A stretch of 64,000 bases of DNA, from assembly GCA_965214935.1 (NCBI GenBank), contig CBDCCS010000021.1:192001-256000 (forward strand). The letters run 5' to 3'. The translations under genes and the position numbers were made by a program. Source of the stretch: Candidatus Velthaea sp. (GTDB lineage Bacteria; Vulcanimicrobiota; Vulcanimicrobiia; Vulcanimicrobiales; Vulcanimicrobiaceae). Below are positions 21,410-31,286 of the stretch, piece by piece; position 1 is the first letter of the stretch; each line of letters begins with the position of its first letter. A model generated the notes under the pieces. The model saw only the letters and a program-made list of their open reading frames with translations. It did not search any database and was not told where the DNA came from.

Positions 21410-22338
21410 GCGTTGCGCACCAGCGCGAAACCGAGACCGGCAAGCGCGGTAGACGCCAGCCAAAAGCGCGTCGTGACTTTCGTTTCGGGCCAGCCGCCGA
21501 GCTCGAAATGATGATGCAACGGACTCATACGGAAGATCCGCTTCTTCGTCGTTTTAAACGAAGCGACTTGCAAGATAACCGACAGGGTTTCAGCGGCAAA
21601 GACGCCGCCGATGAGCGGTAGCAACAGCTGCGAGCCCGTTGCAATCGCGCCGCCCGCCAGCGCGGCGCCGAGTGCGAGCGATCCGGTATCGCCCATGAAA
21701 ACGCGGGCCGGATGCCGGTTGTAGACGAGAAAGCCCAAGACGCTGCCCGCGGTCGCGAGCTCGAAGGCGGCAGCTTCGCCCGCCCCGCTTCGCACGGCGA
21801 TAAATGCCAGAACCGCGAGCGGCGGCACAATCGTCCCCCCTGCAAGCCCGTCGAGCCCGTCGGTCAAGTTGACGGCGTGCGTCGTCGCAACGATCGTCAA
21901 CAGCGAAAAGGCGAACCACACGGCCGCCGGAGGTGTTCCGAGCCCGTAGAGCGCCGGGCGTGCCGCTGTGGGAAGCGCGATCAAAAACGCGCTGCCGGCC
22001 AGTGCGCTGAGGGCAAACTTGGTGCGTGCGCGCAGCCCGCGATTGTGCCCTTTTCGGATCGACGCCATATCATCGATGAAGCCGATCGCGGCCATCGCGC
22101 CGGTCAACGCCGCCAGCGCGACCGTCGTACGGCCCGGCTTGAGTGCAAGCGCGACGAGCGGCGCGCTCAAGAACAGTAACCCGCCCATCGTCGGCGTGCC
22201 GGTCTTGGCTTGGTGCGTTTGCGGCGCATCTTCATAAGCGCGTTGTCCGTATTTCAACCGGGTGAGAGCACCGATCAAGGGCCGGCCGGCGGCCGCGGTT
22301 ATGCCGAACGCCAGCGCGACGGCAGCCACGCCTCTCAC
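21406..22338 (-). CDS. mraY: phospho-N-acetylmuramoyl-pentapeptide transferase
   Basis: KTGTPTMGG, IDD, NLTDGLDGL, FMGDTGS, RMSPLHHHFE; GTG 22338. Confidence 0.96.
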   Translation of the reverse strand: MRGVAAVALAFGITAAAGRPLIGALTRLKYGQRAYEDAPQTHQAKTGTPTMGGLLFLSAPLVALALKPGRTTVALAALTGAMAAIGFIDDMASIRKGHNRGLRARTKFALSALAGSAFLIALPTAARPALYGLGTPPAAVWFAFSLLTIVATTHAVNLTDGLDGLAGGTIVPPLAVLAFIAVRSGAGEAAAFELATAGSVLGFLVYNRHPARVFMGDTGSLALGAALAGGAIATGSQLLLPLIGGVFAAETLSVILQVASFKTTKKRIFRMSPLHHHFELGGWPETKVTTRFWLASTALAGLGFALVRNA

Positions 22339-23033
22339 GCTGCGGCTCGCAGCGGATTGGGCCCCTCGCCGCGCCAGGTCAGCACGACGAGCGGCGTCTG
22401 TTCGTCGGCGTTGCCGTGCGGGTTTGCCAGCAACGCCAGTTCGACGTTCGCCCGGACGAGATCGGGCGATACGCCCAGCGCTTTGGCGCGCCGCAAATCG
22501 TTCGCATCGACGATCGCAAAACCGTAGCCCAGCCGCTCGCGTAACGCGGCGCACACGCCGTCGGGATCGGCCGGTCCGAAAACGATAGCCCGCTCGTATG
22601 GCGGCAGCGTCCCGGTGTAGCCGTCGATTGCAGCGATCGCCTCACCGAGCATCTCGTAGAAGACACCGCGTTTGCCGCGCAGGCGTCCGGCCACGTGTGC
22701 GAACGCCGCGCTGACGACGCGGCGCGTCCCGACTTGATCGATGACGATCTGCAACGACTCGGGTTGATTGACGGTCGCCAGCGCGCCCGCCCGGCGGGCC
22801 AACGCATAGGCTAGGCGCGACGGCCGGACAAACTCTGCTGCAACGAATCGCCGTTGCGCGATGGCGACGGCCGTTTCTGCAATCGCAATGACGTCGCCGG
22901 TCCGGGCAATGCCGCCGACGGCGTGCGCGACGAGCGCACCGATATCGTCACCGGGTCCGACGAGCCGCGTGCGAATGGGAATTGCGACGAGCCCGTCGGC
23001 CAAGCCCGCCTCGTGGACCCGTTGCGGAATCAA
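22335..23033 (-). CDS. F420-0:gamma-glutamyl ligase (CofE)-like amide ligase inside the dcw cluster
   Basis: PIRTRLVGPGDDI...GDVIAIAETAVAIAQ...IDG...AIVDANDL...NPHGNADEQTPLVVL; TTG 23033 overlaps the murF TGA and its TGA overlaps the mraY GTG. Confidence 0.8.
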   Translation of the reverse strand: MIPQRVHEAGLADGLVAIPIRTRLVGPGDDIGALVAHAVGGIARTGDVIAIAETAVAIAQRRFVAAEFVRPSRLAYALARRAGALATVNQPESLQIVIDQVGTRRVVSAAFAHVAGRLRGKRGVFYEMLGEAIAAIDGYTGTLPPYERAIVFGPADPDGVCAALRERLGYGFAIVDANDLRRAKALGVSPDLVRANVELALLANPHGNADEQTPLVVLTWRGEGPNPLRAAA

Positions 23034-24406
23034 GCGGCACCGCTTGCCGTGAGCGCGGCCACGATCTGCTCCATCTTGTACTTGCGCGAGCCTTTCAGTA
23101 AAATCGCGTCGCCCGGGCGTGTGTTTGCTTGCAGCCAAGCCACGGCATCCGCGTTGCGCGTAAAGGTCACGATGCACGCGGCGCTCGTTCCGGCGTCGCT
23201 CGCGCCCGTGGCGATCTCCGCAGCAAAATCGCCGCCGGCCAGAACGATCTCGCTCGCAGCGGCTGCCGCGGCACCGGCTTCGCGATGCATCTGCGCTGCG
23301 TCCGGGCCGAGTTCGGCCATGCTCCCGAGCACGGCGATGCGCCGGCCGGCCGCCTCGCCGGCAAACGCATCGAGCGTCGCGAGCGTCCCCGACAGCGACG
23401 CGTTATACGCATCGAAAATGAGTCGCTTCTCATCCGGCAAGGCGATCGTTTCGTACCGTCCGGACGGCAGCGCGAGCGCGGCGAGATGCGGGAGGAGCCG
23501 CTCGAGTTCGATGCCGGCCGCGACGGCTCCGGCGAGCGCCGCTGCTAGATTGCGCCGGTTATGTTCGCCCGGCAGCCGTACGTCGATTTCAATGCGGCGC
23601 CGGCCGGCTTCGCTGTAAACATCGAGCGTCCGGGCGTCGCGGATGACAAGCGCGGCCTGACCCGCCGGCGGTAGCGCGTCTCCGCTCCCGAACCAGCGCG
23701 GCGGGGCTGTCAACGTAGCGGCGCGCTCGCGCGAATCGGCGTCGGCGAGATTGAGGATCGCCTGCGCACCGGTACGAAACAGCCCCCACTTCGTGTGCGC
23801 GAGCGCTTCGCGCGACCCCATGATCTCCAAGTGCGCTTCGCCAATGTTGGTCAGGATCGCGATCGCGGGCCGCGCCGCAGCGACGAGCACGTCGATATCA
23901 CCTGGGTTGCGCGCGCCCATCTCGATGACGGCAATGCGCGATTCGCCCGCGTCGAGACCGAGCAGAAACTTACTGACACCGATCTCATTGTTTTCGTTCT
24001 CGGGCGTTCCGATGACGCCGGCTCCGGCGGCGGCGAGCAATTGCACGAGGAGGGCTTTCGTCGTCGTCTTGCCGGTGCTGCCGGAGATCCCGATAACCGT
24101 ACCGGCAACGTCGGTTCGGGCCAGCCGCGCAAGCTGGAGATAGGCTTGCAGCGTGTCGTCGACGACGATTGCCGGCCGGCCGGCGGGAACGCTCGAAAGA
24201 TCGGCGACGATGCACCCGGCCGCACCGCTCGCGAACGCTTCGGCAACGTGCGCGTGACCATCGAAGCGTTGACCGCGTAAGGCCAAGAAGGTCATGCCGG
24301 GTTCGATGCTGCGCGTGTCGGTGTCGATCAGCAGTCGCTCGGGCAAGGCCGAGCCGGCATGCCGGCCGGCGAGTGCGGCGATAGCGCTAACCGTCTCGAG
24401 CGTCAT
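23030..24406 (-). CDS. murF: UDP-MurNAc-tripeptide--D-Ala-D-Ala ligase
   Basis: DTRSI, FDGH, SGSTGKTTTK, NNEIG, DAYNAS, LGSMAELG, LLKGSR. Confidence 0.95.
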   Translation of the reverse strand: MTLETVSAIAALAGRHAGSALPERLLIDTDTRSIEPGMTFLALRGQRFDGHAHVAEAFASGAAGCIVADLSSVPAGRPAIVVDDTLQAYLQLARLARTDVAGTVIGISGSTGKTTTKALLVQLLAAAGAGVIGTPENENNEIGVSKFLLGLDAGESRIAVIEMGARNPGDIDVLVAAARPAIAILTNIGEAHLEIMGSREALAHTKWGLFRTGAQAILNLADADSRERAATLTAPPRWFGSGDALPPAGQAALVIRDARTLDVYSEAGRRRIEIDVRLPGEHNRRNLAAALAGAVAAGIELERLLPHLAALALPSGRYETIALPDEKRLIFDAYNASLSGTLATLDAFAGEAAGRRIAVLGSMAELGPDAAQMHREAGAAAAAASEIVLAGGDFAAEIATGASDAGTSAACIVTFTRNADAVAWLQANTRPGDAILLKGSRKYKMEQIVAALTASGAA

Positions 24407-25842
24407 CCGGCGGGCGTCATCGGCGCGGACGAACGCGCTGCTAGCGCTGCGCGCACTTCGGCCCGGTCGTCGAAGGGCAGCGTGACATCGCCGACGATCT
24501 GGTACGTTTCGTGACCTTTACCGGCAACGACGACCGTATCGCCGGGCCGGGCTTCATCGATCGCTTCACAAATGGCAGCGCGCCGGTCCAAGACGATCCG
24601 GGCGGCGCCGCTTCCGGCGACCGCGCGCGCAATCGCAGCCGGATCTTCCGAGCGCGGATTATCCGAGGTCACGATCGCACGGTCCGCGAGACGTTCGGCG
24701 ATTTCGCCCATCGGTGCACGTTTGCCCGGATCCCGATCGCCGCCGCAGCCGAACACCACCACAAGCCGGCCGCGCGTTGTTTCGCGGGCTGCGCGCAGTA
24801 CGTTTTCGAGTGCGTCGGGCGTATGCGCGTAATCGACGAGAACTTCGATGCCGGCGGCTTCAAGGCGTTCCATCCGGCCCGGAACGGCGTCTGCGTCGCG
24901 CAAGCCGGCGACGATCGCGGGCAACGGAATCGCCATGATCCGCGCGATCGCAAAGGCCGCCAACGCATTGTAGACGTTGAATCGGCCGGGGAACGGCACG
25001 CTCACGCTCGTGCCGTCGACGTCAAACCGGCTGCCGTCCGGTTCGAGCACAAGCCGTTCGGCGCGCAGGCCGGCCGGCACGTCGAGCGCGTAGGTCAAGG
25101 AATCCGGAAAATCGCGCGCAAAACGCGCTCCTGCCGCATCGTCGACATTGATGGCAGCGCGGCCCGCTTGAGCGATCAGCCGTCGCTTGGCAAGCGCGTA
25201 CGTATCGAGCGTCCCGTGAAAGTCGAGATGGTCGCGGGTGAGATTCGTGAATGCCGCCGCCTCGAAACGGACGTCGGTTACGCGTTCGAGCGCCAACGCA
25301 TGCGAACTGACTTCCATCGCGACCGCCGTTGCGCCTAAAGAGCGGAACGTTGCCAACCGTTCGTGCAATTCGACGGCGAGCGGCGTCGTATTCGATAGAG
25401 CGTGCCGATCGCTGCCGAACGCTGCGCCGAGCGTGCCGAGGGTTGCGCATGCGATGCCGGCCGCATTGAGAATCGAGGCGATCAATGCGACCGTCGTGGT
25501 CTTGCCGTTCGTGCCGGTGACGCCGGCGACGCGCAGATGGTGCGACGGACGATCGAAGAAAGCGTCCGCCAAACGCGAGATGGCGACGCGCGTATCGGCC
25601 ACGATAAGCTGCGGACCGGAAATCGGCAGTTCGCGCTCGGCGAGTACGAGAACGGCGCCCTGCGCAACCGCGGCCCGCGCGAAATCATGGCCGTCCACAC
25701 GCGTGCCGCGCAACGCGACATACAATGCGCCGGGCGTGACCGTCCGCGAATCGGTGCTCAGCCCACGAACGGCCGCCGGCAGCCGGCCGACCTCGCGCGC
25801 CGCGCCGATGGCGCTCAGCACATTCGCCGTCGGCATACTCAC
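24403..25842 (-). CDS. murE: UDP-MurNAc-dipeptide--meso-DAP ligase
   Basis: GTNGKTT, MEVSSH, NLTRDHLDFH, DYAHTPD, DNPR (mDAP-specific motif), GKGHE. Confidence 0.96.
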   Translation of the reverse strand: MSMPTANVLSAIGAAREVGRLPAAVRGLSTDSRTVTPGALYVALRGTRVDGHDFARAAVAQGAVLVLAERELPISGPQLIVADTRVAISRLADAFFDRPSHHLRVAGVTGTNGKTTTVALIASILNAAGIACATLGTLGAAFGSDRHALSNTTPLAVELHERLATFRSLGATAVAMEVSSHALALERVTDVRFEAAAFTNLTRDHLDFHGTLDTYALAKRRLIAQAGRAAINVDDAAGARFARDFPDSLTYALDVPAGLRAERLVLEPDGSRFDVDGTSVSVPFPGRFNVYNALAAFAIARIMAIPLPAIVAGLRDADAVPGRMERLEAAGIEVLVDYAHTPDALENVLRAARETTRGRLVVVFGCGGDRDPGKRAPMGEIAERLADRAIVTSDNPRSEDPAAIARAVAGSGAARIVLDRRAAICEAIDEARPGDTVVVAGKGHETYQIVGDVTLPFDDRAEVRAALAARSSAPMTPAG

Positions 25843-27605
25843 CGGACGGTCTTCGACACGCGGCGCACGGACTCCAACCGAGGTGGCGGCAAGACCGGCA
25901 TCTCACCGGCATGCAGCATTGCGATGCGGGCTAGTTCCGCGAAGACCGGCGCGGCGACCGTACCGCCGTAATACACGCCTTGCGGGCGTTCGACTTTCAC
26001 GAGGATGACGTATTTCGGTTTGTCGGCCGGGATGTAGCCGATGAAGGACGCAACGTATGCGCCGGCGGCATAGTAGCCGTTTTCAACCATCTGTGCGGTC
26101 CCGGTTTTGCCCGCCGTCGTATAGCCGGCGACCTCGGCATGCCCCTTAGCGGTGCCGCGTACGACGACGCTGCGCAAACAGCGGCGCAAGATGCGCGCGG
26201 TCGCCTGCGAGATGACACGCCGCTCGATCTCCGGCGCGTAACGATACGCCACCGAACCATCTTCGTTATATAACGCGCGCACGATGCGCGGCCGCATCAA
26301 TAACCCGCCGTTGGCAATGGCCGCATACGCGCGGATCATCGCCAGCGGCGTCGTCGAGATGCCTTGGCCGAAAGAAATCGTCGCCAGCGAGCTGCCACTC
26401 CACGCGCCCAGGGCGGGGACGATGCCCGGGTTTTCACCCGGTAATTCGACTTGCGTCGGATCGCCGAAGCCGAACTTGCGAATCATCGCATACACGCGCT
26501 TCGGGCCGGTCGCCATGCCTATTTCCGCCGCGCCGACGTTGTGCGAACGCGCAATGATATCTTCCATGGTTTCAGGGCCGCCGCTCGACGCGGGCAGATC
26601 GTCATCGGCATTGTGAATCACGCGGCCGCCGACGGCAAGTGAATCGAGCGGCGGAAAGCGCATCTCGGGCGTAACGCGGCCGCTTTCGAGCGCGGCAGCG
26701 GCGGTGATGAGCTTGAAGGTTGAACCAGGTTCGTAGGCATCTTCGATGCCGCGGTCGCGGCGCGCATCATCGCCGTAGCGAGCGAAACGTGCCGGCTCGT
26801 AATCGGGAACGTTTGCGAGGGCGAGAATCTCGCCGCTCCACGGGTCCATGACGATCGCCGTCCCGCTGCGTGCGTGAGTGCGCGCAACTTGCGCGCCCAG
26901 CGCGCGCTCCGCCTCGAACTGCAGATACGAGTCCAGCGTCAAGGCCAAATTCCGTCCGGCTTGCGGCCGGTCGACGATCGTGGTTTCAGCGAATGGAATC
27001 GCACGCCCGAATTGATCGGCTTCGATGCGCATGCGTCCGGCTTTACCGCGCAAGTACGTGTCGAAGTTGTATTCGGTCCCGGCTAGACCGTTTTCATCGA
27101 GTCCGACGAAACCCAGGACCGTCGACGCGAGATGCCCCGCCGGAAAGAATCGAACGCCGGTCTCTTCGGACTCAGTATTGATACCGACGATTTTAAGCGC
27201 TTTTATCCGCTCCGACGCTTCGTACGGTACCTTGCGGCCGAGCCAACGAAATTGCGAGCGGTCGCGGAGCGCCGGCTCGAGCGCGGCAACCGGTTTTCCG
27301 AGCAGCGGCGCAAGCGCGACGGCGGTTGCATGCGGATCGGTAATGTTCGACGGTACGGCGTAGACGCTTTCGGACGGAAGCGAACGCACGAGTATCGCGC
27401 CGTCGCGATCGAAGATCGCCCCACGCTTCGCGAATAACGGCACGCTTTCCGAGCGCTGCGACAGCGCTAGCCGCGCGAGATGTGGACCTTGCCGAATCTG
27501 AACGTCGAACAAGCGCCACGTCAAATACAAGCCGAGCATCGCGATCAAATAGAACGCCGCTTTCGCACGGCCGGCCGCAATGCGCGAGAACGCTCGCGCC
27601 GGCAT
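25839..27605 (-). CDS. ftsI: class B penicillin-binding protein FtsI/SpoVD type
   Basis: RGAIFDRDG, YEPGSTFK (SxxK), SHN (SxN), GKTGTAQ. Confidence 0.92.
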   Translation of the reverse strand: MPARAFSRIAAGRAKAAFYLIAMLGLYLTWRLFDVQIRQGPHLARLALSQRSESVPLFAKRGAIFDRDGAILVRSLPSESVYAVPSNITDPHATAVALAPLLGKPVAALEPALRDRSQFRWLGRKVPYEASERIKALKIVGINTESEETGVRFFPAGHLASTVLGFVGLDENGLAGTEYNFDTYLRGKAGRMRIEADQFGRAIPFAETTIVDRPQAGRNLALTLDSYLQFEAERALGAQVARTHARSGTAIVMDPWSGEILALANVPDYEPARFARYGDDARRDRGIEDAYEPGSTFKLITAAAALESGRVTPEMRFPPLDSLAVGGRVIHNADDDLPASSGGPETMEDIIARSHNVGAAEIGMATGPKRVYAMIRKFGFGDPTQVELPGENPGIVPALGAWSGSSLATISFGQGISTTPLAMIRAYAAIANGGLLMRPRIVRALYNEDGSVAYRYAPEIERRVISQATARILRRCLRSVVVRGTAKGHAEVAGYTTAGKTGTAQMVENGYYAAGAYVASFIGYIPADKPKYVILVKVERPQGVYYGGTVAAPVFAELARIAMLHAGEMPVLPPPRLESVRRVSKTVR

Positions 27606-28078
27606 TAGCGCGGGCTGCCGCTAACGACCGTGCCCAGCCAATGTCCGACGGCTCCGAACGCCGGAAAGCCGCGCTCTTGCGCCGGGCGATGCTCGCTACT
27701 CGGCAGCGTCACGACGGCGTAATCTCCGGGATCGTGCATGTGCAGGCGTGCGGCGAGGGCCGCCAAGCGTTCGCGCGATTCAAGCTTTGCGATGCGATCT
27801 TCCTGGCGCATCGTTTGCGCGAGCAGGGTCGACTTTTGCGCCTGCGTGCGCGCGAGCGCGTAATTGAGGCCGGTGAGATTTGCGGTAAGCATGACGTACA
27901 GCAGCAGCGGCAACACGACGATTGCACCGGCGCCGGTAACGCGAACGAACGCTTCGTAGCCGCGGCGCTGCGCGCGTGCGAAACGGCGCCGCGTAGCAGC
28001 GCGCGTCAACTCGGCCTGCTGCTCTCTGCGGCGCCGATTCGGGGGCGGCTCGGGCTCGATGCGTTGCGCGGCGATCAC
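27605..28078 (-). CDS. ftsL: FtsL-like cell division protein
   Basis: Position between rsmH and ftsI; basic N-terminus, one TM, coiled coil ending LESRERL...A...LHM; GTG 28078. Confidence 0.7.
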   Translation of the reverse strand: MIAAQRIEPEPPPNRRRREQQAELTRAATRRRFARAQRRGYEAFVRVTGAGAIVVLPLLLYVMLTANLTGLNYALARTQAQKSTLLAQTMRQEDRIAKLESRERLAALAARLHMHDPGDYAVVTLPSSEHRPAQERGFPAFGAVGHWLGTVVSGSPR

Positions 28079-28947
28079 GTCGGCTGGCCTCCAAAGGCGG
28101 GGGAAACGCTGCAAACACGGAGTTTCGCGCTACGCGACCGGGGGTTATCGACAGTCTCCGCCGCCGCTGGAACGATCGGTTTGCGCGTCACCCGCTGGGC
28201 CCGCGGGTCGTCGCGAAATAGCTGCTTGACGATCCGGTCTTCAAGCGAGTGAAAGCTGATGACGGCGATCCGTCCGCCGGGCAGCGTCCGGTCGAGTGCG
28301 GCGTCGAGACTCTCGCGCAGCGCGCCGAGTTCATCGTTGACCGCGATACGCAGGGCTTGAAATGTCCGCGTCGCCGGATGCGTACGCTCGCGCCGGCCCG
28401 ATACATGAACGACGCCCGCTACGAGCGCCGCGAGCTCGGCCGTATCGCGCGGCAGGCGTTGCTTGAGCGCCCGCGCGATACGCCGCGCGGCCCGCTCTTC
28501 ACCATATTTGAAGATGACGTCGGCGAGCTCGGCTTCGTCGTTTTCCGCAATGAGATCGGCGGCGGTCCGGCCGCGAGTCGGGTCGAGCCGCATATCGAGC
28601 GGCGCGGCGGCGCGGAATGAAAACCCGCGCTCCGCCCGGTCGAGCTGCATTGAACTGACGCCCAGATCATACAGCACGCCGTTCACCCGATCGATTCCGA
28701 GCGTCTCAAGTTCGGCGCGCAGTGCGCGAAAGTTCGCATGAACGAGCATGCGGCTCCGGCCGTCGGCTGCCGGCATCCGCGCCCCGGGATCGGCGTCGAA
28801 GGCGATAAGGCGCCCGTTGGGTCCGAGTTGCTGCGCGATAAGTTCGCTATGGCCGCCCGCGCCGAACGTTGCATCGACGTACGTCCCCGCGGGGTCGACG
28901 GCGAGCGCTTCGATCGCTTCATGCGCGAGGACCGAACGATGATCCAC
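28075..28947 (-). CDS. rsmH: 16S rRNA C1402 N4-methyltransferase
   Basis: VDATFGAGGHS, DLGVSSMQLD, HPATRTFQALRIAVNDEL, SFHSLEDR, NPRSRSAKLR. Confidence 0.97.
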   Translation of the reverse strand: MDHRSVLAHEAIEALAVDPAGTYVDATFGAGGHSELIAQQLGPNGRLIAFDADPGARMPAADGRSRMLVHANFRALRAELETLGIDRVNGVLYDLGVSSMQLDRAERGFSFRAAAPLDMRLDPTRGRTAADLIAENDEAELADVIFKYGEERAARRIARALKQRLPRDTAELAALVAGVVHVSGRRERTHPATRTFQALRIAVNDELGALRESLDAALDRTLPGGRIAVISFHSLEDRIVKQLFRDDPRAQRVTRKPIVPAAAETVDNPRSRSAKLRVCSVSPAFGGQPT

Positions 28948-28950
28948 GCA

Positions 28951-29394
28951 CTAAGACAATCCAAGCTCGGTGGCAAAATCGTGCAATCCGGCCGGATCGG
29001 CATCTTGCACGGCATACCGCTCGCGCGCCCACACTTCGACGCGGGTCAGCGAACCGATCGATACGACGTCTTTTTCGATCGCCGCATAACTCCGCAAAGC
29101 GGCCGGAATCACCAGACGCCCCTGCGTATCGCACGACAGCTCGTCGGTATGCGCGAACAGAAACCGAATGTAACTCCGGTAGCGCGCGTCTTTGACGGGG
29201 GCGGCTTCGAGCTTCGCGCACCGTTCGGCCCACGTTGCGGCCGGATAGAGCGCCAAGCATAAATCGGGTTGCGCAATCGTTAAGAAGAAGCCGGCGCCTA
29301 AACGCTCGCGGAAGCGGGCGGGCACGACAAGCCGCCCCTTGTCATCAAGGCTGTGTTCGACGCTGCCGGTGAAGAGCGGTCGATCCGCGGCCAA
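28951..29394 (-). CDS. mraZ: transcriptional regulator MraZ
   Basis: FTGSVEHSLDDKGRLVVPARFR and DTQGRLVIP repeats, VEVW. Confidence 0.96.
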   Translation of the reverse strand: MAADRPLFTGSVEHSLDDKGRLVVPARFRERLGAGFFLTIAQPDLCLALYPAATWAERCAKLEAAPVKDARYRSYIRFLFAHTDELSCDTQGRLVIPAALRSYAAIEKDVVSIGSLTRVEVWARERYAVQDADPAGLHDFATELGLS

Positions 29395-29400
29395 AGAACT

Positions 29401-29450
29401 CCCCCACTACTTGCCATTTGGCACCACTTTGGCCCACTATATCCCACCTA
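29401..29450 (-). promoter_or_regulatory. MraZ operator: five (G/A)TGG boxes at 10-bp period
   Basis: Minus strand TAGGTGGGAT ATAGTGGGCC AAAGTGGTGC CAAATGGCAA GTAGTGGGGG immediately before mraZ. Confidence 0.85.
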
Positions 29451-29609
29451 GCAACCTTTGGAAAGGGCCGGAACGTGTGATTTCGGCACGATTTACTGCA
29501 TCCGAGGGCTTGCTGGAGGTGACTCGGCATCGCTCGGTTGTTAAGGCTTAGCACGGTTTAGCGGGAAGCTGTAGGCCCAATTTGCGGCGCGACCGAAGAG
29601 CGGCCGGAA

Positions 29610-30116
29610 GTGAAGCAGGGTGCGCCTCGCCGGAGTTTGCTCCGGCCGGCTATTTTTACGGCTTGTCTGATCGTGAGTTCACTCTTTGGGTGTAGCTCCG
29701 GCAGCTTTTTGCCGGGCACCGGCCGTCCGCTCGAGGCCGGTACGCTCAACGATCTCGTCGTGAGTGCGGCGCGCCTGCATACCGTCGCTCCCGAGCTCAT
29801 CAGTGCCGTCATCGCCGCTGAATCTCACGGCGATCCGTCCGCGGTGAGCCGGGCCGGCGCGCAAGGCATCATGCAATTGATGCCCGCCACGTCGCTTGCG
29901 TATGGTGTGGTCAATCCGTTCGATGCCGCGCAAAACATCGACGGCGGAACGCACTACCTGCACGATCTGCTGCGGCGCTATCGCGGTAACATCAAACTGG
30001 CAGTCGCTGCTTACAATGCCGGCCCGGGTGCAGTCGACGCCGCACATGGAATTCCGGCATTCGCCGAGACGCGGGCGTACGTCGCGCGCGTCGTTGCGGC
30101 GCTTCCGACGAAATAG
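29610..30116 (+). CDS. lytic transglycosylase (SLT domain), probable lipoprotein
   Basis: AVIAAES, SRAGAQGIMQLMP, AAYNAGPGAV, ETRAYV; lipobox-like LFGC. Confidence 0.9.
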   Translation: MKQGAPRRSLLRPAIFTACLIVSSLFGCSSGSFLPGTGRPLEAGTLNDLVVSAARLHTVAPELISAVIAAESHGDPSAVSRAGAQGIMQLMPATSLAYGVVNPFDAAQNIDGGTHYLHDLLRRYRGNIKLAVAAYNAGPGAVDAAHGIPAFAETRAYVARVVAALPTK

Positions 30117-30119
30117 GTC

Positions 30120-31283
30120 GTGGCAGCCTATCCCGGGATCGGGAAGCGCTTGTACGCGCAAACGGCGCCACGCAGCCCCGTGCGTCTGCCGATTCTCGAT
30201 GCGTACATTTTGCGCGAGTTGTGGCCGCCGTTCGCGTTTGCGCTAGGCGCGTATCTATTATTTTGGTTCGTCAATATTTTCTTTCTCGCAGCGGATTACG
30301 TCATCAACAAGGGCGCGCCGATTTTCTTGGTGTTGCGCTTTCTGATTTTTCGCGTTCCGCAAGCGACGCCGCAAGCGTTTCCTTTCGCCTGTTTGTTCGC
30401 GACGTTGATGGCGTTCGGACGGCTCATGGCCGACAACGAAATCACCGCCTTGCGCACCTCGGGCGTGCCGTTTTATCGGATCGTACGCCTGCCGCTCATC
30501 GCCGGGATGCTTGCTTTCGGCGCATCGTACTGGATCAACGAGCATGTCGTGCCGCAGTCGACCGATCTCTCGACGCGAACCTTCTATCAAATCGTCTACA
30601 AAATGCAGACGCTGCCGCTCGAGCCGAATATCTTCCGGCAAGACCCGGCGACCGGCAATACGTTCTACGTCGCGAACGTTGATGCCGACGGCAAAACGAT
30701 GCACAATGTGATGATCTTTCAGCCGTCGCGCTCATCACCGTTTCAAATGGTCACGACCGCCGTAACCGCCGAGATACACGGCGGTGAATTAACGCTCTAC
30801 AACGCATCGGTTTCGCGTTACAAGCCGGGCGGTGATTTCGATTTCGAGACGCATCAAAAGCAGATCGACCTGGGTCTACCGCTCGCTGAGACTGCCGATA
30901 AGTTTCTCAGCTCGGCGTACAGCGATCCGTACACGATGGATTCAAAACGCTTGCGCGATGACATCCGCGCGCGCAAAGCCACCGGTCAAGGCGGGTCTGA
31001 CTTAGCCAAACGCGAAATCACGTTAGCGCAGAAGCTCGCGTATCCATTTGCCGCTTTCATCGCGGTTTTGATCGCGTTGCCGCTTGCCGTCAAATTCGGT
31101 AAGAAAGGGCGTACGCTTGGAATTGCACTTTCAATCGTGGTGCTCTTCGTCTATTACGTTCTCGGCGCGATGTCGGCTGCGTTCGGCAGCAACAACGCCC
31201 TCGATCCGTACGTTGCCGCGTGGTTGCCGAACGTGATCATGGCCGGCGCCGGCGCTTTTCTGATTTTCAGCGAAGACCGCTAA
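30120..31283 (+). CDS. LptF/LptG family LPS export permease
   Basis: LDAYILREL, DNEITALRTSG, KLAYPFA, AWLPN; 3 TM + periplasmic domain + 3 TM. Confidence 0.9.
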   Translation: MAAYPGIGKRLYAQTAPRSPVRLPILDAYILRELWPPFAFALGAYLLFWFVNIFFLAADYVINKGAPIFLVLRFLIFRVPQATPQAFPFACLFATLMAFGRLMADNEITALRTSGVPFYRIVRLPLIAGMLAFGASYWINEHVVPQSTDLSTRTFYQIVYKMQTLPLEPNIFRQDPATGNTFYVANVDADGKTMHNVMIFQPSRSSPFQMVTTAVTAEIHGGELTLYNASVSRYKPGGDFDFETHQKQIDLGLPLAETADKFLSSAYSDPYTMDSKRLRDDIRARKATGQGGSDLAKREITLAQKLAYPFAAFIAVLIALPLAVKFGKKGRTLGIALSIVVLFVYYVLGAMSAAFGSNNALDPYVAAWLPNVIMAGAGAFLIFSEDR

Positions 31284-31286
31284 GCC

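Noticed and set aside
22335..23033. Literal annotation as an F420 biosynthesis gene
   Set aside because: No cof/fbi genes nearby, and tight coupling to mur genes favours a cell-wall role; the family label is kept but that function is not assumed.
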